A stretch of DNA of 64,000 nt from Sphaerodactylus townsendi (Eukaryota), in assembly GCF_021028975.2 (NCBI RefSeq), contig NC_059432.1:77376001-77440000 (forward strand), in the 5' to 3' direction. A program made the translations under genes and the position numbers. The notes under the pieces were generated by a model. That model had not been told where the DNA came from, ran no database searches, and saw only the letters and a program-made list of their open reading frames with translations. Shown here one piece after another: positions 60,096-64,000 of this stretch; within the stretch, counting starts at the first letter, position 1; each line of letters starts with the position of its first letter.

Positions 60096-61999
60096 CATGC
60101 AATAACAACAAATGATAATTTCAGTGCCAGCAATGGTAATATTTTCAAATTAACACATTAATTTCCCTATGAATTGGCCACATGGGCTGAATTGGAGTAA
60201 TAGCAAGCTTTCTTTTCTCTGTACTAGCTGTGTTATAAGTAATTCATTGATTTAGTAATTAACTTAAGACTGGTCTACATATTACATTATTCCCTTTTAA
60301 GGATGCTTTAACACCCATCAGTTTGCTCACATTCTGTTCACCAGTTTCAAACAGGAATCCAACATTTAGTTCATTGTTTGGCTGTTTGCAAGCAGTTATA
60401 GCCTATTCATATATTTAACCAACAGAGTACAGATCAGTGAAATCAACAAGGTTTCATTCACGTACATTCTTATACTATCCCTCCTTTGCTGATCGGTCAT
60501 CAGCACTTGCTGCTTGGGAGCAGTCATATAAATAAATAGCAAGTAAATCAGCCTGTGATTATAAATAAATGCCTTCTATTTTTATAAAGTTTTACCATTT
60601 GGAGCTTGTTAAGTCTGTGATTTAGATTATTTTGTGTATGTGTAGTTACATACATGTTTATAGGGGATGTAGTTCCTTCCCTCAGATGATCCATCTGACA
60701 ATTCATGATCCTAGGAGAGAATTGATTTTCTTTTCTACACAGAAGTAAAAGTTCCTGCCAGGGAATGAAATGGCACTCGAACTCCACAAAGGAATGAAAC
60801 TCACAGCAACGGCACAGTTGTAAAGCTGATCAACTTGGACAGCACTAAGGTGAACAGGTTTGAGGCTTGGCTCATGAATGAACACAATTGCCAAGTATGG
60901 CACGTTCACTTGCCAACCTTCACTTCAACAATCTCAGTGTCCCTAATACTCATGGGAAGATGATTCCCTGTGTTGATGCTTCTTACTAAAGTAGTAACAT
61001 CTATAATATCTATCATGGCTTGCCTCAGAAAAATTCAGTTTTGATATCTGTGATCAGTACCCCAGGAACTTTGAATAACACAGGCACAAAAACTGTTCAG
61101 TTCATTCAGAACATCCACATAGCATTGAAGTTGTGTTGAGGAAAATCATTCACTGAAATAACAAATAAGCTTTAACAGGAACTTTTTTGTTCTTAGAATA
61201 CAAAAAGGATAAAATTACAAAAGTTAAAACACACATTTTTCCCCATGTACATCTGATGAATCTGTAACCAACAGCAGTAGAATACTGGCCTTCCGTCCCC
61301 CCCCCCCCCCCCCGTTCTTTGAACTTCTCGTTTCTGCTTAATTTTACCGCACAGCAGTGCATAAATGTCACTGAAGAAAAATATATACTTCTTACTGTAT
61401 TGGAACAATGTGCTATATTACTCCATATGAAGTCAAGTGTGGGTTTGGGAGAGTTCTGATGACAATAAATCAATATTTTCTATTTCAGAGAGCATTCATT
61501 ATAGAGTCTTATTCCTCTCCTTGCCTGGAATGATGCAATCCTGTCCCCAGGAGTAGGATAGTAAAGCAATGTATTTTATTTAAGGCCAGCTGCCACACAT
61601 TTTGGCCTTCTCAGTCATTCAAAATGTGAAAGAATCTCAATGAGATGAAAAAAACAAGAGCTGCAATTAAGGTGCTGGGTTTCAAAAAAAGGAAATGAAT
61701 AAGGGTGTAACTTCTTAACCACTTTTCATTTTTAAAAAATAGCCCCTTTTTTCCAGGTGCAGTGAAGTCATCACAGAGTTTATCAGATTTTATGATTGCA
61801 GAGCAAAATAAGGTGGTAAGAGCTCTGAGCAAGCTTTATTTGTCCTTGGTAATGTGAACTTGTAACCAACCTGGTTGGCTAGCTGCATGGCTAAATCAGT
61901 GTTTGTGTGTGTGTATTCTGATTTATTTAAATTGATTTGAATTATTTATATACTGTTTTTATTGTGTTTTTTGTAAGTCATCTTGAGTTATTTTTGCCA

Positions 62000-62215
62000 T
62001 TTTAAGGTGGGTTCTGGAGATTTCCAAAAATTACGACTGATTTCCAGACTATAGAAAGATCAGTTCCCCTGGATAAAATGACTGCTTGGAAGGACAAAAT
62101 CTATGGCATTATATCCCACTGAGGTCTTGCTCTTGTCCAAGCTCCACCCTCTCCAGGCTTCACCTACAAATCTCCAGGAATTTTCCAGTTGGCAAACTCT
62201 AATTTGGCAAACTCT
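62000..62215 (-). mobile_element. agggttgcc-TIR interspersed repeat
   Basis: ccagactatagaaagatcagttcccctgga...aaatctccaggaattt...ttggcaaactcta (end duplicated). Confidence 0.7.
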
Positions 62216-63465
62216 AATTTGAACAGGTCAAGAGAGGTGGCATAGAAGTTTTCTAAATAAGTAACTATGAAGAAGAATAGCTATATTGCAAACAAAACAA
62301 AATACCTTGTGCTATACCCACAACTAATCATTCATGAATTATCACAATGGAATTCTGCCACTTATGTATAAGGTACTGGGCCACAATCCTCTTGAATGCA
62401 CGTTGGGGTCACTTTCTTTGTGCATACTGACATTAAAAATCACCTTAAAAGTTCCCCTGCCCAAGATTGCCAAATTAGTTGCATTTTATGGTGGCAGAAT
62501 GTGTCCAGTGAATGAGCTCTCCTAATGTTTAGCCCTGCTCTTACATAATTGAAGCAGAGCTCAACTCCCAGTTTACTGTCTCCTATCATTTCTAAACCAT
62601 CACGAAACTGTTAACGATTAAGGCTAATGAAGGCCTGATCAATCTAACCATGATGCATCAATCCAACAACTTCTGGAAGCTCAATTACAATACCACAGTG
62701 TGAGAATGCACCTTTTGTTAATTTGTAAATTGATCAAAGTGTCTTTAAATTGCAGGGCAGACTGCTTGGCTAGCTTTACCTTTTGCAAGGCCTTGGACTT
62801 CTGTAACTTGGTGGTACCAGCTTGTCTGTTGCCATAACTTCATTAATGTAACTGGAACCACTCCAGAGGCAAGTTTGAGCCTGTGCCACAAAAATGGAAT
62901 GGTTGTGCTGGGTGCACTACGTCTTTTGCTTATTTTGAAAGCCTCCTCCAAAGTGACAGATGTATTAAGCCTTAAAGAAACATGCTACTGCAACTGCTAG
63001 AACAAGCAGAGCAATGTCTTTCTCTGTTAGGGATTTTACTAGGAATTAAGCATTATGGGCCCATAATTCACAAATGTATTCTATAAATCTTTGATATTGT
63101 GGCTAAATGCACAGTTTGATTCATATATGTTTGCTGCCTGATCTATGGAATTATTCTACTTCATGCTGTAGATGTGTATTAAGAATAATACCTCAAATGC
63201 TTGTAAAGCGCTCCACATTACAGAATCATCACGTGAAATATGTAGTATTTTGGAAGGGAGATGTGTACAATATTTCAAAGCTCTTGGAGCATATGTTGTG
63301 AATTTATATTCAGGGTAAAACATAACAAAGATGAAATGACCTGGCTTTATGAACCTGTAATGTCTAATTCTCAATTCAGACAAGTATAAATGGGAGAAAA
63401 ACTGAACTGAATGCTGTATCAAAGAAGTTACATCAATATAATTGAGGACAAAGACTAGCTTATGC

Positions 63466-64000
63466 TGTCATAGAGATGGAATGAACATCCATTCCACGCC
63501 ATCTTTGAGATTAGGAGAATCACGTATCGGTAGATATTCTTCCACAAACAGGCTTCCAGCGTAAAGCTTTCCTCGCTATTCATATCATGGGAAGCAGGTA
63601 ATATAGTGATGTTCAGTTACTGTATTATATAATTATTTCAATATGTTTTTTAAAGGATCATGTTTCATTCCATTTCACTGTTGTTGTTGGCTGTCTCTAG
63701 TTGTGGCCAACTTATGTTTCAATAATGATCCGAAATGTTTTGGTACTGGGTACTATGGAATTATTACACTGGAAATGAGGATAAAATTACAATAACTATG
63801 ACAATGGATCATGCCAGACTGGAATTTGATGAAGTGAGTGAGTGGTCTGAATAAGTTGAAAGGCTGGAAAATTTCTTTAAAGCAAACAAGACAGAGGCAT
63901 CAACAGAGAAATGTCAGCTTAGCAGACCAAGGCAATGAAGGAGATGAGGATGACAGTGATGGAGAATATCTACCATACATGTCTTGGGTGATCACCACCA
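63466..64000 (+). mobile_element. Decayed Gypsy LTR retrotransposon 5' end (LTR, PBS, gag start)
   Basis: ...ttattACA|ctggaaatgagga (PBS-like; compare tggcgacgagga), then gag-like peptide; LTR start is a guess. Confidence 0.6.
63798..63938 (+). pseudogene. Gypsy gag N-terminus remnant
   Basis: MTMDHARLEFDEVSEWSE*VERLENFFKANK resembles the FD-x-W-x-YxERLxxFFxAN motif of Gypsy gag. Confidence 0.65.

Noticed and set aside
1-64000. Prokaryotic operon, defence system or intact transposase/RT gene
   Set aside because: No gene-dense structure or long ORF; content is vertebrate non-coding DNA

Overview
This is eukaryotic, non-coding, repeat-rich DNA. The repeat set points to a squamate reptile, probably a gecko: Sauria SINE, 5S-derived SINEs, Squam-like SINEs, L2/CR1 LINE fossils and the agggttgcc-TIR repeat. 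I recognise no intact protein-coding gene, tRNA, rRNA or CRISPR array. The ORF track is chance frames plus decayed transposon peptides (Penelope RT C-terminus, L2 RT); a Gypsy gag remnant is too short to appear in it. Main content: (i) five fold-back Penelope-like insertions with 10-13 bp TSDs, two carrying an intact minimal hammerhead ribozyme core and one a near-intact core; (ii) nine PIF/Harbinger-like MITEs, the GC-rich ones sharing nested hairpins and repeated TTCGCAC-like motifs; (iii) two copies of a non-autonomous Helitron; (iv) hAT MITEs, including a perfect 144-bp palindrome; (v) probable solo LTRs and a Gypsy LTR-PBS-gag fossil at the right edge; (vi) two candidate minus-strand exons and several repeat-free, motif-dense blocks that may be enhancers; (vii) a 137-N assembly gap. 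Family names come from recalled motif similarity, not database searches, and boundaries of old repeats are approximate.
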